A stretch of 51,203 nucleotides of DNA from Candidatus Micrarchaeota archaeon (GTDB taxonomy: Archaea > Micrarchaeota > Micrarchaeia > Anstonellales > Bilamarchaeaceae), in the NCBI GenBank assembly GCA_013425455.1, contig JACCLI010000077.1:1-51203 (forward strand), written 5' to 3'. The position numbers and the translations under genes are program-made. This document shows, in pieces, positions 33,759 through 42,107 of the stretch. Below the pieces are notes generated by a model. That model was not told where the DNA came from, ran no database searches, and saw only the letters and a list, made by a program, of their open reading frames with translations. Position 1 is the stretch's first letter; each line of letters opens with the position of its first letter.

Positions 33759-35408
33759 TCATTCTTCCGCCTCTTCCTTCCCGTTCAGGGTCTCTTGTTT
33801 TCCTTTATCTTCATTCTTTTTCTCTTCCGCCCCCTCTTTAGTAGGCTCCACGGCTTCAGCCGCAGCCTCCGCTTCCTCTATTTTCCCGACCGAATATTTC
33901 CCCTCCACCAGCTTGAGCAGTTTCTCCTTCAGTTTTTCGCTATCCGCCTTATTTCCGCACAGCTCCGCAAGGTCCCGCGACAGCTGCCCCACATACCTTA
34001 GGATTGCGGTCCTCTTGCTCACCATCTCCTTTGCCTTTCTTTTTCCGGAAAGGTGCCTGTCCAGCCCGCGCGCAGCCTCCATCACCGCATTCTTTATCTC
34101 GTCCACCACTTCCTCCTCGTCGGAAATGGATTGCTTCCCCGCGGAAGTATACGGCACATGCACGGACGCAAAATGCACAAATATGCTCAACGGCTCCTCA
34201 TCCAAATTCTTTATCCCGTACCTCTTCCAGTCCACGCTCTTAATCGTCTGCGTGATGGCGCACCCCCCCGCATCGAACAGCAACGGCGCTCGGTTCGCAA
34301 ACCTCAATATCTCCCCGTTCGCCCCCTTTCCATTATACGCGAGCCCGACCTCCACCACAAAAGGTATCCCCCCGCGGTAGATTTTCGGCGCCCTCTCCGT
34401 AACCTGCATGAACTCCGGGCTGATTACGCTGCTGAGCGAGCTCGTAATCTGCTTCGTGCCTATTGGGACAACGCTGTCCGTAGCGGGCGCAATCCACTTG
34501 ATTTTCCTGAAGCCCGCAACCAGCTTCTCCGCGTCCTCCCAGCTCATCGCCGAGGGCTTCTTTCCCAAATCCACCTCCGGCACCGCCTCCTGCAATTCCT
34601 TTATCTTGTTCAAAGTAACGCGCGTGAACTCCTCCTGCAAAAATGAAGATATCTTCTGGTAAGGCGCGCTCCTTGCCTTCTCAATCAAATCGTGCGCGCC
34701 GATCCCCAAGGGATGCGGCTTCACCTCCACCGGCTTCGGGGGTATCTCGTCCACCGATTTCGGGAACACGAACCTCTCCCCGTCCGGTGAATTGAAAATA
34801 ATTGTCGCATGCGGGTTCGCAATCGCCGTCCTCCTCAAGTATTCATAGACCCCGTACGCGCTCTTGTCGTGCTTCACGTCCCCGAAAATCCCTTCTATCT
34901 CCAGCCCGCTCTTTCCCCCCTCCGCCGGCCCCTCCGAAACCATGTTTATGAGCGGCTTGTTGTTCTTGAAATCCATGCTTATCTCGCACTCTATCCTCTT
35001 CCCCTCGTGCGAAGATATAACCTTTATCGGCTTACCCGTGGTGATGAGCGCATACATGGTGCAGCCCGTCGCCCCGATCCCCTGCTGGCCCCGCTGCTGC
35101 ATATACCTGTTGAACTTCGTCCCGGCGAGCATCATCCCCAGCGCCTTCCCTATGTGCGTTTTCGGAATCCCGGGCCCGTTGTCCTTTGTCCTGACCTTGT
35201 ACTTGTTCTCGCCCTCGCCGCTCACCCACACCTCAATCTCCGGGTAAGTCCCGGCCTCGCCACAGGCATCAAGGCTATTCGTGCAATATTCATGCACAAT
35301 AGTGGTAAGGCTCCTCACCTTCCCCGAGAAGCCCAGCATCTGCCTGTTCTTCTTGAAGAACTCCGCCACGGAATACTCCTTGAACTTCGAGAATAGCCCA
35401 TCGCCCAT
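33759..35408 (-). CDS. top6B: DNA topoisomerase VI subunit B (GHKL ATPase)
   Basis: 549 aa. SVAEFFKKNRQMLGF, IVHEYCTNSLDA and DNGPGIP Bergerat-fold motifs. Confidence 0.95.
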   Translation of the reverse strand: MGDGLFSKFKEYSVAEFFKKNRQMLGFSGKVRSLTTIVHEYCTNSLDACGEAGTYPEIEVWVSGEGENKYKVRTKDNGPGIPKTHIGKALGMMLAGTKFNRYMQQRGQQGIGATGCTMYALITTGKPIKVISSHEGKRIECEISMDFKNNKPLINMVSEGPAEGGKSGLEIEGIFGDVKHDKSAYGVYEYLRRTAIANPHATIIFNSPDGERFVFPKSVDEIPPKPVEVKPHPLGIGAHDLIEKARSAPYQKISSFLQEEFTRVTLNKIKELQEAVPEVDLGKKPSAMSWEDAEKLVAGFRKIKWIAPATDSVVPIGTKQITSSLSSVISPEFMQVTERAPKIYRGGIPFVVEVGLAYNGKGANGEILRFANRAPLLFDAGGCAITQTIKSVDWKRYGIKNLDEEPLSIFVHFASVHVPYTSAGKQSISDEEEVVDEIKNAVMEAARGLDRHLSGKRKAKEMVSKRTAILRYVGQLSRDLAELCGNKADSEKLKEKLLKLVEGKYSVGKIEEAEAAAEAVEPTKEGAEEKKNEDKGKQETLNGKEEAEE

Positions 35409-35418
35409 CTGGTCGCCT

Positions 35419-35457
35419 CTACTTGCCTTTCAACCTGTCAAACATCAAGGTTTCCCT
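35419..35457 (-). pseudogene. Remnant of the KH-protein gene 3' end (encodes RETLMFDRLKGK-stop)
   Basis: The 39 nt match 35537..35575 at 32 of 39 positions. All 12 sense codons give the same amino acids, so every coding difference is synonymous. Two of the 7 differences lie in the stop codon, which is TAG here and TGA in the live gene. The frame is closed about 24 codons upstream. Confidence 0.6.
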
Positions 35458-35468
35458 CGGAAAAACGC

Positions 35469-35487
35469 GGAGGGGGACACCCCCTCC
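35469..35487. terminator. GC hairpin GGAGGGGG-aca-CCCCCTCC flanked by T5 runs on both strands (bidirectional terminator-like)
   Basis: An 8-bp perfect stem. T5 lies at 35491..35495 on the plus strand, and A5 at 35461..35465 gives T5 on the minus strand. It sits between the KH gene stop and top6B. Confidence 0.5.
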
Positions 35488-35536
35488 CCATTTTTACCGG
35501 TCATTCTGACCCTCCCCCGTTGTTCTGCCATTGCCA

Positions 35537-36049
35537 TCACTTTCCCTTTAACCGGTCGAACATCAAGGTTTCCCTTATTCTACCTAAATAATTTATAACC
35601 GTTGTGTGGGGCGCGCCCTCCATTATCATCCGTATAGCCTCCTTGGTGTATTCCATCGCATCCGCGGGCGCAATTATTCCTACGGTGTGCCCATAAACCT
35701 CTATTGTGGATTCAGTCGCCTTCTCAATATCCTCCTTCACCTTGCCCTTCTCGCCGATAATCCTCCCCTTCACCCTCCTCATCGCATTCTCCGTTGAGAA
35801 ATGTTCCCGCAAATCTATCACATAAAATGAATAATTATCCTTGAACAGCTTCCTCGCCTCCTGCGGTGAGAATCCCCTTCCAATCGCTTGCACCACGTCC
35901 TTCGCAAGGTAGGTCCATACGCTCTCGCCCCTCAGTTCCACTTCACCCTCCTCGCTTACCACGACCTTCACTTCATACTTCTTTTCGATCTGTGGCTTCG
36001 CCTGGAGCAGCGCGCCAACTCTCTCCTTCGGAATCCTTATGATCTCCAT
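35537..36049 (-). CDS. KH-domain RNA-binding protein (archaeal Dim2/Pno1-like)
   Basis: Start moved to ATG at 36049 (MEIIRIPKERVGALL). IIGEKGKVKEDIE is a GxxG KH motif. The two-KH layout is typical of aDim2. Confidence 0.75.
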   Translation of the reverse strand: MEIIRIPKERVGALLQAKPQIEKKYEVKVVVSEEGEVELRGESVWTYLAKDVVQAIGRGFSPQEARKLFKDNYSFYVIDLREHFSTENAMRRVKGRIIGEKGKVKEDIEKATESTIEVYGHTVGIIAPADAMEYTKEAIRMIMEGAPHTTVINYLGRIRETLMFDRLKGK

Positions 36050-36062
36050 TCTTTCGCCTTGC

Positions 36063-37040
36063 CTACGGAAGCTCCACCGGCTTCCCGGTTTCCAGCTTCC
36101 GGTTTTCAGTTCCCTGTTTTCCGCTTCCAGTTCCCAGTTCACCTATTAATTCTTTCGCAGCCTTCTTGCCGTACACAGATTCTGCGAGGTCCCGGAGCTC
36201 CTTATTTACCTTTTCATTATATTTCCCCGCATACTTCCCGAACTCGCCCCTAGCCGCCTCCTTGTTATTTTTGATGATCTCCTTCAGGAGGTTTTTCGAA
36301 TACGGGTCGAACTCATACACATACGCGGCCATCGCCTTCCTCCCCACGTCCGCGTCCTCCACGCCCGAGAGGTTCTCCAGCACCACTTTCTTCGCCCGCA
36401 CATCCCAGTCGTCCATCAGGTCTATGAAAACCTTCTTCACCTGCGCGTCCTCCCTCACTATCACTGACAGCGCCTCCAGCGCATAAAGCTGCGGCTCGTT
36501 TATCTCGCTCTTCGCAATGAACATCAGCTGTTCCTTGAGCGCCTCCACCAGCCTCCTGTCGCCCAGGTGGGAAACGTACGCAAGGACGGATTCCGAGGGC
36601 CTCCCCTCGCCGAGCAGCTCCTTCATCCATGCAAGCAGCTCCGGCCTGCTCTCCGCCGCATGCCCCAGCGCAAGCATCATGTTGAGGTTCGGGCCCCTCC
36701 TCCTGTCATAAAGGTTGTCCAGGAGCCTGTCCAGCACGTCCTTCCATCCGCCCGCAATGACCATGTCGAGGATGCACTCCGCCAGCTTCGCCTTCGCCAT
36801 CTTCACATGGTAGGTCCTCTCGTCTTCCAGAAGGACGGTCGCGCCGATGTTCACCAGCGCCTCCCTCAGCTTCGCGCTCTTTTTCAGAAGCTCATCCAGC
36901 CCGCTCTTCTCCTTGTATGCCCGCACAATCTCCCAGAAGAGCTCCCGCGGGTTCCTGTCAGCATCCGTCTTGTACTTTGAGAGCTTGGATATCTCATCCG
37001 GTACCTCCGGCGGCTTCTCCTCTTTCGCATCCTGAACCAT
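36063..37040 (-). CDS. Helical-repeat (HEAT/ARM-like) protein, hypothetical
   Basis: 325-aa ORF of helical repeat character. The C-terminal Gly/Lys/Glu-rich tail is encoded by a purine-rich quasi-repeat at 36063..36140. Confidence 0.55.
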   Translation of the reverse strand: MVQDAKEEKPPEVPDEISKLSKYKTDADRNPRELFWEIVRAYKEKSGLDELLKKSAKLREALVNIGATVLLEDERTYHVKMAKAKLAECILDMVIAGGWKDVLDRLLDNLYDRRRGPNLNMMLALGHAAESRPELLAWMKELLGEGRPSESVLAYVSHLGDRRLVEALKEQLMFIAKSEINEPQLYALEALSVIVREDAQVKKVFIDLMDDWDVRAKKVVLENLSGVEDADVGRKAMAAYVYEFDPYSKNLLKEIIKNNKEAARGEFGKYAGKYNEKVNKELRDLAESVYGKKAAKELIGELGTGSGKQGTENRKLETGKPVELP

Positions 37041-37102
37041 AGAAATCTACACCCTTATTATTTGCACAACTTTACTTAAACCTTGCCCCGTGCCCTCTCT
37101 CG

Positions 37103-38854
37103 TCAATCAAGGATGAAATTAATCAACATCGTTTTCAGCCCACCGGCACCCCTTCCCTCCTTATGCACCTTCTCCTTCAGCTTCCTCTTGAATATCTCGC
37201 CCGCGGTCATGATGGTCTCCACAAAGAACACCCCCGCCAGTATGTAGAACACGAACAGGAAGTAAAAGAACACACGTGGGAGCATGAGCAGGGAAAATAC
37301 GAACGCAAGGCCTACCGAGGCGACAAGCAGAAGCACCACCGCGACGCTCCTCGTCATCATCTTCTGGTCCAGGTCCTCGTATGGCGCCTCCGCATGCAGG
37401 AAGGCCTTGCTTATCCCGTGCGTTATCTGGATGGCGGACTTGAAGAATTTGGGCGCCTCGTACGCAATCCCCGCAAGAGCCAGAACCGCGGCCAGCACTT
37501 CTATCCATATGGCATACTCTGTCGCGATCCCCAATTCCCCGACTCTCAGCAGGAACAGCGCGAACGCCACGTATATCACCACGTTCATCACACTCGTCCC
37601 TACCCTGCCCAGCTCCTTTACGAACACGTTGTGGAAAGTCCCCCCTGGCTCGAACGCCCCCGCGACCTGCGACATGTACCTTGAGACCCTTCTCATCGCC
37701 ATCTTGCTGTTCGCGGGTATCAATTTTTCTATGGAGGAACTTATCAGCGTCATGTTGTTTATTGAAACGGATGAAACTATCGCCGTAATGAATACTATCG
37801 CGCCCACCAGGGACGTCATGTCCATCCCGTAGGCCGCCGCCTCCTTCGCAATCAAAAGCGAGAACTCGCCCGTGGAAAGCATCAATGCGCCCGCGCCCAG
37901 GGCCGCGGTGCTCTCCACGCCCATGAAGTACATCGCGGACGCGGTCCCGAAATATTTCCCGAATATGCACACCAGCGAGAACACCGCTATCTCCACCGGG
38001 TTCGCCATTATCCACTGCGGGTTCAGGCTCATCCCCACGGAGAGGAAGAAGAAAGACGAGAATATGCTCGTGAACGGCTTGAGGGTTGCATACACCTCCT
38101 CCTGCCCGCGCAGGCTCGCCATCACGTTCCCCGCAAGGAACGCACCTATCGCCGCCGCCAGCCCAACCGCCTCCGCCCCGAAGCTCAGGATGAAGCACAG
38201 CGCCAGCGATGCGTACAAAATGCTTTCTTTATTCCCGCTCTCTATGAAGATGGGCATCGCCAGCTTCAGCACCTCCCTCGCGGCAAGATACCCTCCTACC
38301 AGTATTAGGAAGGAAACCGCCATGGAGAACAGGGCGCCCAGCTGGCCCGCATCCACGTGCCCCAGCCCCGGGATCATCGCCAGTACGAATATGGAAAATA
38401 TATCCTCTATTATGAGCACGGTCACCAGCAAATCCTTCTCGTTGCTCACGCCCTTGCTCATCATCGCATAAATCGCCGTGCTCGTAACCGAGAGCATTGA
38501 GCCGAGCAGGAGTGATTCCATCAATCCCAGCCCCATCAGCAACGAGGTCTCATATACTATTGTGAAAACAATCGCGAGCTTCAGCACCGCAACGACTATC
38601 GCGCGCAGCCCCTTGTTCAGCATCGTGTGCGGGTCCACTTCCAGGCCGATTCCAAAAATAAGCAATATCGCCCCGACCTCCGCAAGAAAAGTTATGAGTT
38701 CGCTCTGTTGGACGATTCCCAGTATTCCCGGACCTGCGACTAAACCGAGCAGGAGGAGCCCTGCAATCGGGTGTAACTTCAGCCGGAGTGCGATTACGCT
38801 CCCTACGAGGGAGAGCAGGATAGCCACTCCCAGACTGAACAGCTGGTCTGCCAT
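37103..38854 (-). CDS. Cation:proton antiporter (CPA2/Kef-type Na+/H+ exchanger family) with extra C-terminal TM helices
   Basis: 583 aa. The N-terminus LKLHPIAGLLLLGLVAGPGILGIV is typical of the family. More than 12 hydrophobic helices. Confidence 0.8.
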   Translation of the reverse strand: MADQLFSLGVAILLSLVGSVIALRLKLHPIAGLLLLGLVAGPGILGIVQQSELITFLAEVGAILLIFGIGLEVDPHTMLNKGLRAIVVAVLKLAIVFTIVYETSLLMGLGLMESLLLGSMLSVTSTAIYAMMSKGVSNEKDLLVTVLIIEDIFSIFVLAMIPGLGHVDAGQLGALFSMAVSFLILVGGYLAAREVLKLAMPIFIESGNKESILYASLALCFILSFGAEAVGLAAAIGAFLAGNVMASLRGQEEVYATLKPFTSIFSSFFFLSVGMSLNPQWIMANPVEIAVFSLVCIFGKYFGTASAMYFMGVESTAALGAGALMLSTGEFSLLIAKEAAAYGMDMTSLVGAIVFITAIVSSVSINNMTLISSSIEKLIPANSKMAMRRVSRYMSQVAGAFEPGGTFHNVFVKELGRVGTSVMNVVIYVAFALFLLRVGELGIATEYAIWIEVLAAVLALAGIAYEAPKFFKSAIQITHGISKAFLHAEAPYEDLDQKMMTRSVAVVLLLVASVGLAFVFSLLMLPRVFFYFLFVFYILAGVFFVETIMTAGEIFKRKLKEKVHKEGRGAGGLKTMLINFILD

Positions 38855-39000
38855 TGCAACCTAAACGCTCTTCCTGATGATTTATAAATGTTCTTGCGCT
38901 CCCTCGTCGGTTTTTCCTATTTTCCGCCCCTCTCCCCCACGTTGTTTAACCTTGATGCCCACCTTGATTGTTTTTAAAATGTTATCCGCCAGAGATTTTC

Positions 39001-39351
39001 ATGTTTCATGGGATGAGGCTATCGCCGGGGGTTGGCGGCGGCACTGCTTTTCCAAAAAAGGAGGTTGTAATCGAGGGCCTCGCGGCGAAAGAGCGCAGGG
39101 AAATTCCTCTAAGGGAGGGAGAAAGCCTGAAAATTTACGGAAGCAGGCTGCGCGTGGAAAAAATAACCCCGGCTATACGAGAGGCCTGGCTCACCCACCC
39201 GCCCGAAGCGTCCTTTTCAGTGAACATCCCGGGCGCCCTGACCCTGGACGAGACCGTCTCCACAGACAGGCCGTACCGCATCGGCGCATACACAATAGGA
39301 ATCCTCGACGCAGGCAAAGGAACCGCAACCTTCGAGGTCAAACGGCTCTGA
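39001..39351 (+). CDS. Hypothetical protein
   Basis: ORF only. I prefer the ATG at 39001 over the track's TTG at 38968, which sits inside a TATA-like TTTTTAAAA. Confidence 0.4.
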   Translation: MFHGMRLSPGVGGGTAFPKKEVVIEGLAAKERREIPLREGESLKIYGSRLRVEKITPAIREAWLTHPPEASFSVNIPGALTLDETVSTDRPYRIGAYTIGILDAGKGTATFEVKRL

Positions 39352-39421
39352 CCCTTCGCCTTTTTCCAAATCATTTTCCCATCCTTTTTATACTCTCGCT
39401 TCCATCTCTCTCCGTGGTAAA

Positions 39422-40117
39422 ATGGCACGCAATAAATTTTCCCTGATGGCGCTCGTGTTTCTTTTCGGCTCCGCATTTGCGATGGCGATGATGCCGAACC
39501 CCGCATCCGTCTTCTGCGAATCCCAGGGCTACACTTTGGAAATACGCGACGGCGAAGGCGGCCAATACGGCGTCTGCGTCTTCCCTTCCGGTGAATGCGA
39601 AGAATGGAAATATTTCCGCGGCGAGTGCCTCGGCCCAGGCGACACTGGGATGCGCCCGCCCGCAGATTCATTCGGGCAAAACCTCTCATCATGCGACGAA
39701 TTCCGGGATGCGGAAGTCTGCCCCTCCCTTTGGCAACCTGTGTGCGCAAGAATAGAGAAGGGAAATTCCGCGCCTTATGAGATAGAGTGGAAAACCTTAG
39801 CCAATTCCTGCACAGCCTGTACCTCCTCAACTCGCATGGCAGTAGTATCCGGTTATTACATGGGCGCCTGCACACCTCCCGCAAATTCCGCATGCGACGG
39901 CCACGCGCTCGGCGAAAGTTACCCAGCGCCAGATGGCTGCAACACCTGCACCTGCACCGAAACCGGCTCAGCCTGCACGGAGATGTACTGCCTGAACGAT
40001 TCAGGGCCGCAGCCCGACGGCCACGGAGAGCCCGGCGCGGACTTGTGCCAGTCCCTATTCATTCTCTCCGGGGCGCTCGCATTCGCAGGCTTCGCACGCG
40101 CGGGGAAGTTCTTTTAA
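39422..40117 (+). CDS. Secreted, C-terminally anchored Cys-rich protein: DUF333 plus Kazal-like plus pacifastin-like modules
   Basis: Signal peptide MARNKFSLMALVFLFGSAFA. NPASVFCESQGYTLEI...CEEWKYFRGEC (DUF333). CPSLWQPVCA...ANSCTAC (Kazal-like). DGCNTCTCTETGSACTEMYC (CNxCxC..G..CT...C, pacifastin-like). C-terminal hydrophobic helix SLFILSGALAFAGFA. Confidence 0.7.
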   Translation: MARNKFSLMALVFLFGSAFAMAMMPNPASVFCESQGYTLEIRDGEGGQYGVCVFPSGECEEWKYFRGECLGPGDTGMRPPADSFGQNLSSCDEFRDAEVCPSLWQPVCARIEKGNSAPYEIEWKTLANSCTACTSSTRMAVVSGYYMGACTPPANSACDGHALGESYPAPDGCNTCTCTETGSACTEMYCLNDSGPQPDGHGEPGADLCQSLFILSGALAFAGFARAGKFF

Positions 40118-40132
40118 TTTTTGCCTGCATAT
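40111..40132 (+). promoter_or_regulatory. 22-nt perfect repeat CTTTTAATTTTTGCCTGCATAT (copy 1), promoter-like, 8 nt upstream of the ATG at 40140
   Basis: Identical 22-mer at 40579..40600. It contains a TATA-like TTTTAATTTTT and overlaps the stop of the upstream gene. Confidence 0.5.
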
Positions 40133-40139
40133 CTTTCAT

Positions 40140-40541
40140 ATGAGCCAGACACAAAACACAGGCCTAAGCCTGCCGCAGAAATTATTGCTTGCCTACTTTT
40201 CGGCAAACATTGTAGTCATGTTTCTTGTGCTCATAAAGCTCTCGACATCAGTTGAGGATTGGAGCGATTCGCTCAGCATTGATTCCATGCTTTCCGGAAC
40301 ATTTTTCACATTCTTTTTCCTGGTCTCCCTCGCCGGACCCCTGATATCCCATTTCTTTTCCAGGAAGATAAAGTCAATAAAATACGGTGACATTATCCTA
40401 ATGGCTTTTCTTGTTTACATCCCCATATTCGGTTTCTCGGCGTCCTTTTTAGCACGCAACACGATGGTTTTCATCCCGTTCTTGCTGCTTTGGGTCATTT
40501 CAGAAGTGTTGGCTTTTAAGGAAGAAATGCTCGGAAAATAG
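40140..40541 (+). CDS. Small 4-TM membrane protein, tandem paralog 1
   Basis: Shares FLARNT..F.PFLLLW and overall topology with 40608..40991. Confidence 0.6.
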   Translation: MSQTQNTGLSLPQKLLLAYFSANIVVMFLVLIKLSTSVEDWSDSLSIDSMLSGTFFTFFFLVSLAGPLISHFFSRKIKSIKYGDIILMAFLVYIPIFGFSASFLARNTMVFIPFLLLWVISEVLAFKEEMLGK

Positions 40542-40578
40542 CGATCCCTGTGCCTGCCTGCCCCTCAGCCAAGAAACC

Positions 40579-40600
40579 CTTTTAATTTTTGCCTGCATAT
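40579..40600 (+). promoter_or_regulatory. 22-nt perfect repeat CTTTTAATTTTTGCCTGCATAT (copy 2), upstream of the ATG at 40608
   Basis: See 40111..40132. Confidence 0.5.
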
Positions 40601-40607
40601 TTTTTCC

Positions 40608-40991
40608 ATGGATTCCAAATCAAGAATGAAACTCCTGCTCTGCGTGCTCCCTATCAACGGCTTCATACTGGCTTTCGTATTGCTCTTCTTTTCTTCCAGG
40701 GCCTCATGGGCCTCTGATTTCAGCTCTTCGGCTTTTAGCTCACCTTTAGTAGCCGCCTTCTTCCTTATCTCCATGCTCACGCTTCTGGCCGGATACAAAT
40801 TATCCGGAAAGTTCCTCTCCGCCCCATCCGGCGGCATGGTGCTGGTAGCCCTCCCGGAAACAGTAGTAATCTTAGGCTTCGTCGCAGCATTTCTTGCAAG
40901 GAACACCGCAATCTTCTGGCCTTTCTTCCTGCTATGGCTTGCCGCCACCGGGCTCGCCCTAAAGGCGGCCCTGCAAAGAATAGAAGGCTAG
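40608..40991 (+). CDS. Small 4-TM membrane protein, tandem paralog 2
   Basis: GFVAAFLARNTAIFWPFFLLWLAATGLALK versus GFSASFLARNTMVFIPFLLLWVISEVLAFK in paralog 1. Confidence 0.6.
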   Translation: MDSKSRMKLLLCVLPINGFILAFVLLFFSSRASWASDFSSSAFSSPLVAAFFLISMLTLLAGYKLSGKFLSAPSGGMVLVALPETVVILGFVAAFLARNTAIFWPFFLLWLAATGLALKAALQRIEG

Positions 40992-41479
40992 CCCAGCACA
41001 TCTATCAACCGGCGCAAGGCCCCTCCCAGCCAGCGCAAGGCTCCGGAGAGGCGGCTTTCCCCTTCCTTTTCCGCCTCGCACGAAACCGCTGGAGCCGCAT
41101 CCTCCTCCCCAACGCGCCCCTTCTCCGCCATTGCCATGCCCATTATCTCAACCGGATAAAACATCTGGGTCGCGCCCCTCTCGTCCTCATCAAGCACGCC
41201 GGAATTGCACCCGTATTTCCACATCTCCACCGCAAAGGTAGCGCTGAGCCCCGCCCCGAACGCCTCGTCCGCGAGCACCGTCGCCAATTTCGAGCGCTCG
41301 CCCACATCGTTCCTAAAGGTTCCAAGGGGCCCGCTCACCTCCCGCACCTTTTCAAATGCATTGCGGAAAAGGGCCTCGCTATCCTTGCGCCTCCCTTTCC
41401 TTGCAAGCTCGGCCGCATCCCCGGCCAGCTTCCACGCAATGGATGCCGGGTCCTTCGCGGCCTTCCCATTAAATATCAT
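40988..41479 (-). CDS. Hypothetical 163-aa protein
   Basis: ORF only, with no recognised motif. Confidence 0.45.
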   Translation of the reverse strand: MIFNGKAAKDPASIAWKLAGDAAELARKGRRKDSEALFRNAFEKVREVSGPLGTFRNDVGERSKLATVLADEAFGAGLSATFAVEMWKYGCNSGVLDEDERGATQMFYPVEIMGMAMAEKGRVGEEDAAPAVSCEAEKEGESRLSGALRWLGGALRRLIDVLG

Positions 41480-41565
41480 ATTAATATATTGATAACCACA
41501 TTCTTAAATCCTTTTCCATCCAGCAACTCTTTAAAACAAAACCGCAGATATACTCCTGTGATACC

Positions 41566-42012
41566 ATGCGCACAATCCAGATAAAACTCGCATTAATAAT
41601 TTGCCTCGCCCTTTTCTCGGGCGCGTGCTGGGCCCGCGGAACGACCGTGGGCGTAGGCGAAACGGTCCCGCTCGGGGGCACAACCACGACTACGACCACC
41701 ACAACCAATACGACCACCACGACCACGCAGGGTGATGGATCCTCCGAACCAACTCCGCAGATGCAGATCACTCCCGCGGACGGCAGCACTCCCTCCTCCA
41801 CAGAGGGCTCATCCTGGGAAAACCTTGGAATAGTTGGCGGCGGTGATTCAGGCAATGGCACCTCAGGTTCCGGCGCGGCGGGTACGGGCGACGGCACAGC
41901 CGCTTCCACTGCCCAGCAAAACCAGCAATCCGGTTCCACAAGCGGCTCGGGCTGCGCTCCAGCATTGGTTCTCGCAGGAATCGGGCTCTCGCTGTTCATT
42001 TCCAGAAAATAA
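41566..42012 (+). CDS. Secreted Thr/Ser/Gly-rich (mucin-like) protein with a C-terminal membrane anchor
   Basis: Signal peptide MRTIQIKLALIICLALFSGACWA. GGTTTTTTTTTNTTTTTTQG tract. C-terminus GCAPALVLAGIGLSLFISRK. Confidence 0.65.
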   Translation: MRTIQIKLALIICLALFSGACWARGTTVGVGETVPLGGTTTTTTTTTNTTTTTTQGDGSSEPTPQMQITPADGSTPSSTEGSSWENLGIVGGGDSGNGTSGSGAAGTGDGTAASTAQQNQQSGSTSGSGCAPALVLAGIGLSLFISRK

Positions 42013-42026
42013 AATTAGAAAAAGAG

Positions 42027-42098
42027 AGCCCCGGACGAGGATTGAACTCGCGGCCTCGTGCTTACCAAGCACGCGCTCTGCCACTGAGCTACCGGGGC
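42027..42098 (-). tRNA. tRNA-Thr (anticodon GGU)
   Basis: Hand-folded as GCCCCGG-TA-GCTC-AGTGGCA-GAGC-G-CGTGC-TTGGTAA-GCACG-AGGCC-GCGAG-TTCAATC-CTCGT-CCGGGGC-T. All four stems pair (one G-T wobble). No encoded CCA. Confidence 0.93.
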
Positions 42099-42107
42099 GA
42101 CTAATCT

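Noticed and set aside
36063-36140. Purine-rich quasi-tandem repeat (GGAAnC-like units), considered as a CRISPR-like or regulatory repeat.
   Set aside because: It lies inside the 3' end of the 36063..37040 ORF and encodes a Gly/Lys/Glu/Thr tail. The units are irregular and there is no repeat-spacer organisation. I saw no CRISPR array anywhere in the window.
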